A stretch of 60,407 bases of DNA, counting the filler, from Sphacelaria rigidula (Eukaryota): the NCBI GenBank assembly GCA_964200075.2. It is 5 parts of 5 records of this genome, joined end to end, with 100 filler letters (N's around TTAATTAATTAA, not from the genome) between each part and the next. Parts side by side here need not be neighbours in the genome. Positions count along the whole stretch, not along the records: positions 24,206 to 36,206 come from CAXNAA020004247.1; positions 36,307 to 48,307 come from CAXNAA020004248.1; 3 more parts are not named here. The stretch is one strand, 5' to 3'. Of the stretch, positions 27,201-39,600 are shown piece by piece (position 1 is the stretch's first letter; each line of letters begins with the position of its first letter). The notes beneath the pieces were generated by a model. It had not been told where the DNA came from. It was given only the letters and a program-made list of their open reading frames with translations, and did not search any database. Both the position numbers and the translations under genes were made by a program.

Positions 27201-28092
27201 GACCCACGCGGTTGCGCTATCATCCAGTCTCTGGTACACACAAAGGAGGCGCCTAGCCTGACAACTACGGCCTGCAGTATTTGCACGTGACCCTGGTCAA
27301 CTTTTCAACCCACCAACATAAAACACAACCTACGCTCCGCCGATGAGATCAGCGCGTGACTCGGACAGGCTTACGGCCGAACACTCTGGAAAGCCACGCA
27401 ACCCAGGCTGTTCCTTAGGCAACGGGAAGTGTAGTATTCACGGTCGAGCGGCATCAAGGGGGAACGCAATACTCGCGGTACGATTTCACGTTAATCAGTT
27501 TCGAGGGGCCCGCCAAGGCATAACGATCAAGAAGACATCACTTTCAACATTTAGGTGGTGCATGAAAAAACTCATACCGGTGAAAAGACCGACGAGATAG
27601 CTCGCGGTGTAGGGTCTAGGAGCGTCAGCAGTGGCCGATTGAAGCTCCAGGATCGTGCAGCGATAACCGCCGCGCGACGCGTACTGAGGAAGCCCGGGGG
27701 ATCGGTCATTCGTTTTCGCACACGCCGAGAAACAAAATCCACAGTTATCACACCCCAAAACACGTGACAATTTACTGAGGCTGAAGTCCCATGTATTATG
27801 TACTTTGGCCTAGTCGCCCTCGAGAAGGCAGCCTCAGTACACCTTTGTCCTGTTATGCTCCCACGAACAAAGGCTCAAGCCGTATGTGCCAGGTTGCAAT
27901 GCAGAGCTGGATGCAACAAATCAATACAATACAAACCACAGTAGCAGTTCAAGCCCAGATGTTCACAGAAATAGGTTATCTCCTTGTAGGTTACAATACG
28001 AATCAGAGCCAGTAGTTCCTCCCAACTACAAAGCATACTGGTAAGGACTCACTTGGAAATCAGAGCAACGGCGGCAAAAGCTGATGCTATCC

Positions 28093-28411
28093 TGAAGTGT
28101 TGCAATCAGCTTCGTATTGCGAGATCATCATCTTTTTGTGTTGTTTGTGTTTGTGCATGTGTGTGTTTGTCGTTATTTTGTTGTTCTTGCTGTTGTTGTT
28201 TGTTGTATGTTGCTGGTGTTGTTGTTTTTGTTGTTTTTGTTGTTATCGTTGCTTCCTTTCCTTCCTTTCCTTCCTTTCTGGGGCCGTTACTTCTTTTTCT
28301 GTTCATTTATTTCTTTTTTCTATTACTATTCTGTTCTTTTTTTGCTGCTCCTAACGACGGACGGGATTGTTGCAGTCAACTAATGTGAGATAATCAATCA
28401 ATCAATCAATC
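28093..28411 (+). mobile_element. SINE-like / non-LTR 3' end with (AATC)n tail
   Basis: agtgttgcaatcagc, then a GT/T-rich body, then tgttgcagtcaactaatgtgagataatcaatcaatc. A homologous reverse copy lies at 50011-50310. Confidence 0.75.
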
Positions 28412-29229
28412 AGTGTATAGACACACATCTGATAAGTGCATGTAGAGCGGAAACATGTCCCCCAAGTGCGTGCAAACACGGGTAGAAGCAATCATCTGTG
28501 CGCAGGTACTCCGTATGTTTTCATAAAAGTGCTCGAACGGAGCAAAAAGGACACTGTATTGTTGTATAAAGCCGAAGAAAAAACACACACGAAAATATGG
28601 ATGCGCGGTGGAGCACGGCATTAGTTCGCTGCTGCTGGAGAGAGCCGTGCACGAGCGATACCTCGGCATGGTGGTCGGAGGGCGGGTTCCTCACACCAAG
28701 AACCATCATCGGGGTGAAGCGATGCTGTGCTGTCGGGGCATCGTGAAAACAATCATGCAAAATCATGTACAGCACATAAACTGTACTGTATATTGCTCCG
28801 CAAGGACGGAGGGTGACACTGGGGCACAACACTGAAAACCTCTATTTGGTGCATACATGGGTCATCCCCGCGAGCGTAGACTAACTGTGAGCTCAAGGGG
28901 TAAGGCCAGTGCTAATGTAGAGATTGCAGAGTGCACATCGTGAACAGAGTTGCGCAGTGGTGGATGTGATACAAGTAAACAGCAGTCTCCAGTTTGTTGT
29001 CAGCATTTGCTTAACTCTACAGTGCAGGTTGATCACTGAACTAGGCAAACAACAAAACTTCGGTCAACGATTACGAAATTTCACTTCTTCGTGTGGGACC
29101 TTTCATTCTACTTATTATTTGACTGCCATTCATTTGTGCACGAGTTCGTTCATATTCATTTACTACAGGTCGATCCCTTCACATCTGTTCATAAAGTACT
29201 CAAGCTCCAAACCGTCTCACCGTTAACAT

Positions 29230-29617
29230 TGTAACAATCGTAAGCTCACAGCACGTGGGGAGACAGTCCAACGCAGTACAGTACACGTCGATCATCAGGA
29301 TATCCTTGTTCACAGCTTCAGGTGATTCGATTTCTTTTGTTCCTCGGTGGTGTTGATAGCCAGAGTCTTCTCGAGAAGTTCTGAACATCAGGGCATCATA
29401 GCATTGCACCGATTCTTAGAAAGAATCGGATTCAACCAGATGTAAGAGGTATGTTTATGTACTCCGTATCTTGACGGATTACTTAACATCCTCACCCCTG
29501 ACCGCAGGTACTAGCCAGTTCCCGCGATCAGCCCTCCGGGCCCGTATCTTTGTTCCGAATCAACGGCCCATCATTGTACTGTCCCCGTTCCACCACATCA
29601 CGCCGCGATCCGTAACA
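29230..29617 (-). repeat. Putative 3' LTR (~388 bp)
   Basis: On the minus strand it begins TGTTACGG directly after the polypurine tract and ends ...TGTTACA. The partner LTR is not in the contig, so the distal end is inferred. Confidence 0.6.
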
Positions 29618-29889
29618 CCCCCCCTCAGTCCTAGGGTTGAAAACCCTGGGACTGACGTGATTCACACGATGGATTGCCGCGTTACCATGTCCCTCTTCCA
29701 AGTGCTCAGTGTCAGGGTGTAGCCGTCGATCTTGATAACCGTTCTGCCGGGTAAGACTACGTAGGGAATTTAAACACTGTGCAAGACGATCCTTTCCAGT
29801 CCGGAGGCGTCCTTGATCTTGTTGACTGCTCTACCGGGTTAGACCACGTAGGGAATTTAAACACCGTGCAGAACCATCCCTTCCCCCCA

Positions 29890-32800
29890 TTAATTAGATC
29901 CTGAAGTGGCTCTGGTACCCTGTTCCTTCACCGCATTTTTCCGTACCTCCGACGGCGTCATCTCTTCCCAATCCCCATCCTCATACTTGATACGGTAATA
30001 CAGCTGACGAAAGTCGAACACTTCCCCGTTGAACTCCTGCCGCTCACCTTGGTTGTCCACAAACTGTTTACGCATTCTGGTCCCTCGAGGAATGAGTCGC
30101 AAAGCTTCATCCCGAGCAAAATAATCTCTTTCCGCTCGAGATGGGTTAACGGATGGGCGCGGTTTGGTTTGCGGGTTATGTAGTTCCCACAAAGCATGAT
30201 ACACGTCCAACTGTAGCCCAGTGAAACTATCTGAAACTTCCTCCTCTGAAAGCCAGTGAGACTCGGTTCCGTCATGAAACAACCCCCGATAGGCTCACTC
30301 CCAAGACGATCCTGATCCTAACACCACCTTCCTGTCTGTCGATGCATACAGTTGCGGAACGGTCGTGATCTCCTCAGCTAACCCCAAATCAGCCCCCCAC
30401 GCTAACCGAGAGTATTCGTCGGGAAACGGATGCCGCAGCTGTTCAGAGCGCACATGAAATTTCTTCACATTGGCTGCCGAGACCGTCCATTCCCGTACCT
30501 TACGTCCTTGAACACTGACCTTAAGGCTGAGACCGGGTATCACCACTTGCTGTATTTTCCATGGCCCCGTCCACAAGTCGTGCACTAGTATAGCTGGCAC
30601 ATTTTCTTGTACGAGGGAGCTGTCGGACTCTTTCACCAACACTAGATCCCCTACCTGAGCTCGCGACCCTGCTGACTGGCGGGCCAACTCGACGTTTCGA
30701 CTTAACCGTACTTCCTCCCTTTTCTTGTGGCGTTGGGTCAACAGCTCGTGAACCTCCTTCAAGTTCTGGCGTTGTTGATCCACCGTGTTATTCAACGGTG
30801 GAGATTCCGCCTCGGGTGACACCGCGTCTAATTGGGTGCGTGGCTCGCGCCTGAAAAGCAGCTTTAATGGAGTCGGGCTGTTAGGCAATGCTGGATCGGG
30901 AGTAGTACGGTGAATCCACACAGCGGGGTCAACATACTCATCCCGCCTTTCCAGCCATTGCTTACAGAGCTCGGCTAAAACGTCGTGCAACCATCCACCG
31001 TACCGTTCCACCGCGCATTGACCGCGAAGGTGCTCTGCCGGACCATGATCCAGCTTCACCTTCATCCACCGGCATAAAAGGTTCACTACTTCCGACGTGA
31101 ACTCCCCCCCAGCGTCACTCCTTAGAAAATAGGGTACCCCGAACGTCAAGGAAAGCTTCAACAGACATTTCGCGACGGGCACCGTAAGCTTGGCAGCCAG
31201 GGGAGAAGCAAAGAGGAACTTGGTTGCTCGATCCACGATGATCAGCAAGTACCGGTTACCTGAGGCGGGAACTTGCTTCATGTCTGATATGTCCATCTCT
31301 AGCACTTCCCATGCCCGCAGGAATTGTGCGGGTCGCATCGCTAAGGTGTCACTGTTGGTACGCTTGCGCCGGCGATATCCATACGGTAACACGTATTTGC
31401 GGGTATCGGCAAAAAGACCAGACCATTCGTACCGTGCGTTGACTACCGCAGTCGTCCTCATTACCCCAGCATGCCCGTGCATAGTTTGTACCCACGCAAG
31501 CAGGCCTGGCACTAAGCTGCGTGGGATAGCTAGTTTGGCTGGCTCCTCAGGGGAGGTGTACCATAACAGATTATTCTCGTCTAGCACGTACGCATCCTGC
31601 CTCTTACCAACTCCTTCGTCCTTAGGCCTGCCGTTCAACCGATTCTTGATGGGTCCAAGACGGGAGTCCCGTTCTTGTAATAAAGCGAGTTGCGTGTTGT
31701 CCATCAAGATTGCCTTCGCCTGTTCGAGAACGGTTCTAGGGTTACCTGTACCTGATATCAGCTCCTCAGCTGAAGCCTCCCCCCCACCATAGTCTTGATC
31801 CGACTTATGTTCTGCCGCGGGAACCGACGAGCGAGTTACTGCGGCTCCCCAATTTTCTGGCGACTCATCCTCATGGGGCCACATCGCTGCGAGCGCACTT
31901 AGGCCTACGTCCTCGCTTCGAATCTGAGTCAAACTCAACAACCCTTTCGCTTCCAAGCTAGGTAAAACCGCCCCCATCATCCACGGATGAGCGAAATCAG
32001 CTACAATATCTGACATCGCATCGGTGTTTACCGTGGGTGGGGTCTCGTAATAGTCGAGGGTGGTCGCGACTTTCACAAAATCGACTCTTTCCAACTCTAC
32101 CGCTTCCTCCCATACCCCTGCATCCGCCTTGTGGGTTGTGAATTCCTGGCGCCGCGGTTTCCCTCTCGTCAGCCGAGGACGAGTTAACCTAGGCAACGGA
32201 TCCTCGAAACGGTGAGTAGCCTTACTTTGCCCTGTCGGCTCCAAGAAATGGGTGCCAGCCCGTCCCAATAGCTGACTCAGCGGGGGGCAGGTAACACCGT
32301 ATGCTTCCACCCGCTGTTTCCACGCGTGCAGTGTTTTTTCTCCTTGCTGATCCGCCTTCAGAGCGACCACATAGGTTCGTTTCTTCCGATACGGAGCGCC
32401 CACTTACACGGCGGAGACAGACGCCTGCTCGACGCAGCAGCCGGCTCCGCTCAGTAGCGGAGTCACGCTCTTCTCCCAGCCTGGAGAATGCACCTTTACA
32501 CCTGTACTCTCCAAGATCAGAGTTGTCGCTGACTCTGAGGAGAGGAACGACTCGACCAATTCTCGGGCACCTTCTACGGATTCCGACTCCCCCGCACCTT
32601 TATCAACGGGGGTAACCCTACTCGTATCTCCCACCAACACTTCTGGTTGTACCTCCTCCATCACGTTGTGGAAAGAAGGGCGCCCCGGAGTCGTACGTAC
32701 CAACCCGACTCCATTTCCAATCTGGTTCACCCTAACACAATCCAACGCTTTCCAATCTGCATCGGTGGCTGCCACTACCTCCAAGAACTTCTCCGCGGCC

Positions 32801-35800
32801 AGGATGTTGCCCCCGCCTTCACAATGGACAATCAACGCGGGAGGTCGTTACTTAACCGGTCTGGTCATATGGTCTTCGGAGTCAATGATAACTCCTTCCC
32901 CCGTTTCCGGTGGATACCAGGTGCTGACTTCCTCCAACGCCAATGTCATCAGGTCTGCGGATTCTTTCGGGTATTCAGCCTCCAGTTCCTTCAGCAACAT
33001 CCCATCTAGTTTGGGTCCTTGTGGTCCTCCCCCTCCGCCTGGTTCCGCTTCGGTATCATCGTCAGGGAATGACACGTCAATGTCACCTTCCCCTGGGCTG
33101 GCTCCCTTGCAGCCTAGACAGAGCGTCTGGCAACTGGTGTTCGCGTCCAGCTCGCACTTGAGGACCATATCATACTCCATCAATCTCAGTGGCCACCGGT
33201 GGAACTTAGGCGACAAGTTTTGGCTACGAAATAATCATGTCAACGCAATGCAATCCGTGACTAGCGTAAACTTTCGCCCACATAGGTATAATCTGAATCG
33301 CTCTACGGACCACAGAACAGCGACTACTTCCCTCTCTGATGCTGATCTTTCTTCATCCGCTCGTGACCATCTATGGCTGGCGTATTCGATGATCCATTAC
33401 CTCTCATCCGCCTCTTGGACCAGGGCGGCCCCTGCTGCGAACTCTGAAGCGTCTGAGTGTACCACGAATTGTTCATTCCAATCCGGGTACGCTAAGATCG
33501 GATACGACATCAGGGCGCTCTTGAAGTCGAGGTATGCCTGTTGCTGTTGGTCCCCCCACGGGATCTCCATCCTCCGGGCTCGCTTGGAGGCGAATCGTGG
33601 GTCCCTCAGCAAGTCTGTGAGTGGTGCCGCCATATTGCTGTACCCTTTTATGTACCTCCGCAGATATCCGGTCATACCTAAGAACGACATTGGCTCTTCT
33701 ACCCTCTGCGGCTCCCTCAACTGGGCGATCGCCTCGATCTTAGACTGAGAAGGTCGTATTCCCGACGCGTCGACCGTCATCCCCACGAAGTCCTGTTGCT
33801 GGGTTCACCACTGCGATTTCTGGAAATTCACAGTGAGGCCTGCCTTCAGCAGGCAATAGAGCACAACCCTCAACCCCGTCATGTGGCCGGCGAAAGTCGC
33901 GCTAGGGCACAAGATATCATCCAACCAATTCTTGACACCCTGCGCTGGCAACAACGCTTCGGATAATGTTCGGTGAAATGTCGCGGGTAATACCTTGAGT
34001 CCGAATCCACAACGCTAATATTGCCATAGGTGCCCCCGCGCGTCGCGAAAGACGGTGAGGTGTCGGTCCTCCTTCGCCACGTCCAACTGGAAAAATCCGC
34101 TCGCTAAGTCTACACTCGTGGAGTACTTGGATCCCGCCAGGCCACTATATATGGTCTGTATATCCCCCAAACCACCGCTATACGACTCGAGGAGTTCGTT
34201 TAGTCCACGATAATCCTGACACAACCGTAAACTACCGTCCTTCTTCCGCACCGTGACGCAAGCGGCTGCCCATGCGGACGTCGACGGCTCAATGACCCCC
34301 CGCTCCGCGAGTTTCTGAACTTCGTCTTGTATAGCTGTTGCTTGTTCTGGTGAGTACCGCCTGGTACCGGCAGCGAATGGCTTGCACCGGGGATCTTTCA
34401 GTCGTAGACGTAACGGTTCCCCACGCGCTGCTTTCACCTTGTTGGGGTCCACCGCAAAAAGTCCTGTTTCGTTGAAGTCTCCTAAGATGGACAACAGCTG
34501 TGTCTTCTGCGTCGGACCCAACTGACCCATGTTCGCTTCCGTGAGATCTACTCCTATGGCTTCAGGTGTGTCCTTTTCCTCCTCTTCCTGCGGTTCCGGC
34601 GGCGGATGAGGAGGGGCTGGCGCAGTCCCTCGATCCTCCAGCTTCGACTTGAGCGTGGTGCCCGAGTCGGACACGTACAGATTCTGCAACCGCTCGCGAT
34701 CTCGGACATTCACGGCCACAACTTTCGCCACTATAGTACCCTTCTTCACTAGGCGAGCATTCTTGGCCGTGTTGACCACCTTACATATCAACGGTAGCTG
34801 TGGATCCCACCACTGCACTCCCCTAGCTACCCCCATCTCAGCTTTCTCATCTAAATCGAACAACTTTCGAGGTTCGATCAACAGGAGTTGGCGTTCCTGC
34901 GGTGGAGGACCTCGCACGTAGCCTGGGACTAGCTCGCTAACGAAGCCTTCCAATCGCGCGTCCTCCGTCAGCCTTAGAGGCCACTGAAGTGTAGCGCCGT
35001 CTTCCCACGCCGCTCCAAGGCTCTTCCATACCTCATCCCATGCTGCCAGATCGCTCTCCCCAACACCCCCGTCGGGTCGTCGCTGAGCGCGCTCGGCTTG
35101 ACAGCATAGAAGAGATCCCACCCTGCCGAGTCTCCCTGTCCAGTGAAGTGATCGGCGTTAACGGCTCCGAGTTTTGGAGAGCCATTAGACACGAATCTCA
35201 CCCACGGGGCCTCCGGTGATGTCGGAATCCCGACTGACACTCAAAAGACAGCGTGCTCTTGTTCCTTCTACAGAAACTTGCCCCCAATATGAACCCATAC
35301 GGCAATCCATCGACCACCCTAACCAATACCTTCCTTATTCTATCCTTTGGATGGAACCGAATCGGAATTACCGCTGACCCCAAAACCTTTATCGGCGGCG
35401 TCCTGCTGTCACTAGGATTTGCTGCCCTCAGGAATCCTGCTCCTTGCTGCTGTAGTTTGCCCGATATGTTCCCCCAAATCACCAAAGACTTCCACCACTG
35501 CTTTGATGCATAGCTTCCCCCCCCCGCCCCGGTGTCCAGTAACGCCGTTACTGGTAAACCGAGGCTACTTTTACTGTGGTGCCAAACTCTACCTTGCACC
35601 CACAATTGCTGTGCATCAACCCTGTTCACTGCTGCTAATCTATCCGTCTCTATGCTGTCCCCCGGGGACTGCGGCCCCATGGCGCACCTTCATTCCTCGC
35701 CTGTGGCGTCGAAACGGTTGTCAGCGCACCCACCGTCTCGACGTCCTCCTCCGCGTCACTTCCTGGTTGGTCCAGGGTGTGGTCGAATCCCCGATCCCCG

Positions 35801-36000
35801 TACTGATTGTCGATAAGCCCGAACAAGTCCCCCAGTTGTAGGCTCGTGAGTTTATCTCTCCTTGTCCTGGGCTTTGCTTGGGACTGCTCCGGCTGCTTGT
35901 AATAGCCGAAGGGGATGCGGTCATTGTCATGGGAGAACTTGCAGCTCCCTGTGTCGTTGCTGCTGCAGTCCCGCCCATACGCATGGTTGAAGCACACGCC
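29890..36000 (-). pseudogene. gag-pol of the second gypsy element (several in-frame stops and frameshifts)
   Basis: ORFs 35650-35997, 35198-35680, 34015-35121, 33397-33786, 32848-33216, 32404-32835, 30295-32403 and 29890-30282 join into one polyprotein. Confidence 0.92.
31940..32845 (-). other. C5 cytosine-methyltransferase-like domain within pol
   Basis: Motifs in canonical order: I-II ALIVHCEGGGNILAAEKFLEVVAATDADWKALDCVRVN; IV region QPEVLVGDTSR (no PC); VI TTLILEST; VIII VSAV*VGAPYRKKRTYVVAL; IX-X-like LERVDFVKVATTLDYY...IVADFAHPWMMGAVL. Confidence 0.75.
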
Positions 36001-36206
36001 CAGAAGACGTATGGCGACGTCACGCTCCCCTTTGGGCGCCTCTTGGGCGGGAATGAAACCTGTCGCCGGTAATCGAGTGTACTCACACTCAATGTTGGAT
36101 ACACGCGGACAGGCCTGGATGAGTTGGAAATAGATATAGTGATTGGATTATGACATATGGGTGAAGGGCATATAAGAGATACAGTTCTGTTATTAAAGGT
36201 ATACCC

Positions 36207-36306
36207 NNNNNNNNNNNNNNNNNNNNNNNNNNNNNNNNNNNNNNNNNNNNTTAATTAATTAANNNNNNNNNNNNNNNNNNNNNNNNNNNNNNNNNNNNNN
36301 NNNNNN
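36207..36306. other. Artificial contig linker
   Basis: Same N/TTAATTAATTAA spacer. Confidence 0.97.
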
Positions 36307-36684
36307 GCGTCTTCCCCTTTGTTGTAGGTGGAGTTCGTGCCTACCATAACCATGCACTTTTTTTTTTTTTTTGGGGGGGGGGGGCTATCGTAGAAAGTGT
36401 CCCTAGAATACAGTGTATTTTCGCACTCAATCGGATACTTGAGGTACCTGAGGGTGTATGGTACTGCGATCACATTGGAAAAAGAGGATATCCATAATCT
36501 GCAGCAGCATAGCCTGCTAGGCGGACCTTCGAAACGCACCATCATCGATATTGAACATCTCTTTGTAACCATTAATATATTGATGAGGCACTCAAGGGCA
36601 CGACTAGAATGCAGATGGTGATCCGACACACACACAGAGAAAGGGTACAAAAAAGGAAAAAACAGCAAGAAAAAAAGTATGTAC

Positions 36685-39600
36685 CTGTCGGTTGAAGTCT
36701 CCCTGAAGAGATTCGTTGGCGAAGTTGATGAGCAGTTGCTCGAGGTTGTTCTTGGAGCCAAAGTTTTCGAACCCTGTCATACGGAAGATAACAGGAATAA
36801 AAACAGCGCAAGAGAAGTCAGGGGACGAGTCCTCACTGGAGAATAACCGGCGACGCAATTTTCCTGGAAAATGATTCATGACCTGCAACAGGTCCTCACC
36901 GAAAATGTCCAGCAGTCCAATAAATGGCAGTTTCTCGTCATCCGATAGCTTCCCTCCTGCCCCGAGCGACAGGTTGATCGCCTTCACTACCCAAAGGAAA
37001 ACCGCCTGCAAAGTTGTGTATGATTGCCATCGACACGTCGCAGGAAACGCAGAAAGAAACGATTTTTGTGAGAAGGAAAAAAACGAGGGTAAGATGACAC
37101 TCGATCAACATTCATCATTCCGAAACCATTACTCACCACGAGTTGAGCGAAGTAAAAAACGCAAGCAAACAATAGTGCGGACCGTACACGGTGAACAAAT
37201 GATCCAGCACCTTCAGCGCCTCTGTCGATGATGTCTTGTTCGCGTATCAAGAGTCAAACTTTGAGGGTAGCTGCACCGTGCATTCATCACATTTCCTCGA
37301 AAAAAAAACCAAGTCTCTCCAACATGTTTTCCTGAAAAAGTATCACCACCCCCTCCTTCTCAGCGTCAACGTTGCCCGTTCCAACATCTAACCTGAGATC
37401 AATTGCTCAACCTTTCAGGTCTCCCTCGACTCGCCCGCATGCGCGTCCAACACCATCCAATCAGGCCAAACCGGCAACTTTCCCCAACACATTCAGCACG
37501 AGTGTCTCGTGTGTGCCGTGATTGTTTTTACGGGTAGGGCCAGCTATGGATGCGCCTTCATTTCGAACAAATTCCGCAACATTTCCCTAGCCGATTCCCA
37601 AGACATGCATCGACCCACGGCACCCTAGTAAATGCTTCATTCGACACTCGATACGCCACGTACCCTATACACGAGACACGCAGGGACACCTTATACACAG
37701 GACACGTACGGTACCCTGAGGACTTCAATAATATGTACACATCGGACACGCAGGAGTACCCCACCCTGGGCATCTTCGAGATCAACGAGTACATGCCCCC
37801 AAGCGATATTCTGCCTCGAGTAAGGTGTATAGTACCTCGTAAAGAGACTTGATCGCTGCGTCTCGGGATCGCACAGCCTCCTTGATCCCCAAACGCTTGG
37901 TGAACACCTCCCCTCGAGTCACGGGCACCACCTTGATGGTCAGCATGTCCTCGAGATTCTTCACCCCAACCCCCAGAAGATTCGCCGTTGTCTCCAGCGT
38001 CTACAATAGCACCCCCCAACCCCCAAAAGCAGAAACAAGACGAGCAAGGAAGAAAAAATTCAAGGCTCGGACGAACGGATGATTCGTCTGGATATCACTT
38101 GATTTCATTGTAATTGAATCGTATCGTAAGAATCAATCCTTGGGCTTTGTTCTCAGCATTACACCCCAGGTACGCGTACCTCAGGCACAAGGAATCGCGT
38201 GCAATTGCGTGGAGATTTTCTTCATTTCATCAGAGAGCATTTTTTTCTTCCTCTTTTTCGGTCAATCAGGGCTAAAAACGTAGATTTGGTCATTCGAACC
38301 GCCGATGATTTCTCCGACCTTCGCAACATTTTACAATCTTCCCACATTCCTCCTCTTTTCCAACAACGGAAGGTACAGGTGTTTTCATTTATAGTCTCGC
38401 ACATTTCTTTTCATTTCCCTCTCACTTTAAACCCCTCTCCTTCCTCGGGATGAGTGTGTGGTGTCAAGGAATCAACCTATCTCTCCCCCGGTACGTGCCC
38501 TACATATTTGGTCTCGCGGATTGGGTCATGACTATCAGCACTCCGCACCGCGTCAACTCACGTCACACAAACCCAGTCGACTATGTTGTTTACTCACGTT
38601 CTCACTCTTTCCACGGTGGAAATTATATAGTACGATAAGAAACCCAACGCATCGGGAATCGAACCCCGTTCTTTCCACCCCAACGGCGAAATTCGGACCA
38701 CTACACCACGGGGGCGCGGCTCATCACCATCACCCAACACTGAAAACATGAATTACCTCTCTGTCCGAGATGGCTGCCACCGGACCTTCTTGGTGATCCG
38801 CCTCGCTGAATTGCAAAGTGGACAGGTGCAGCACAGCCGACAGCGCTTTCCATACCTGACGAAACAGAAAAGCAAATAATCGTCAAAATGGCGCAATCAA
38901 CTTTCCTTCCATCATTACTACAGCGCGTGATACTATTTAGCACACCATGGATTCATTATTGACGATACAGTCACCATTACTGAAAAAAAAAAACACAACG
39001 TACAGAAACAGTCACGTCAAGATAAAAAAAAAGTATATATGCCAAGCACCGATTTCCAAACTGAAAGCATCTTGTTTTTAAAAAAAGCACCTGTACGTAT
39101 CATCTTGTCCGGACTTCTTCCATCTTCAGAGTACAGCCAAATTGGAAAGATATCATCACGTCTTGTTCAGTACACCCGTGCTCACCTTTCAAACCACCTC
39201 ACTTTTTCCAAAAATAAAAATGAAAAATAACCCGAAAATAGCCCTTATACATATGCGATCGACTCATGAAGGACACCCCCCCCCCCCCGTTCCCCCCGCG
39301 CGCATGTATCCCTCCTCGCCCACCTGTAGCTGCACGTCTTCCTCCACACCCATGGTTGTCAAGGCCACCTGTATGGCCTTGAAACGTTCCGCATCGTCAA
39401 CGCCTTCCAATCGGATGCATCCACTGGATGCCAGGATGGGGTACGAGGAGGCGCCTCCCAACTGAACATCGGGGATATCACAAACGGAGCAAAAAAAAAA
39501 ACGAGACGGACACCGAAAAATATATATTTTTATAAGTGACATGACGGTTGTGAGGTCGTGTAGGCGGGGCCGGAAACAAACATATTTCCTGAGCGTGATA

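Larger units (their letters stand above)
29230..36120 (-). mobile_element. Ty3/gypsy LTR retrotransposon (5'-incomplete) carrying DNMT-like, chromo-like and Tudor domains
   Basis: Minus-strand order: CCCH finger (CFNHAYGRDC..SCKFSH), protease LLDTGAGG, RT (VRKKDGSLRLCQDYRGLN, VDLASGFFQL, WLDD at ~33915-33926), RNase H (VHSDASEFAAGAAL), DNMT-like insert, integrase (HGHAG, LEMDI, LRSDAGGEF, VERY, WTGPW), then a PPT gaggggggg abutting a putative TG...CA 3' LTR. Confidence 0.93.

Noticed and set aside
27555-27610. HEKTHTGEK, like a C2H2 zinc-finger linker
   Set aside because: No CxxC before or after it, so it is not supportable as a zinc-finger gene.
24400-27770. Scattered exon-like blocks (e.g. 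YSLLWQGKLTDDIAKFFKHMNPND at ~25980-26066)
   Set aside because: Many stops and no recognisable family. Possibly a decayed gene or transposon, but I cannot assign it.
32666-33748. 360-aa + strand ORF
   Set aside because: Antisense shadow of the minus-strand RT/RNase H region, with no motifs of its own.
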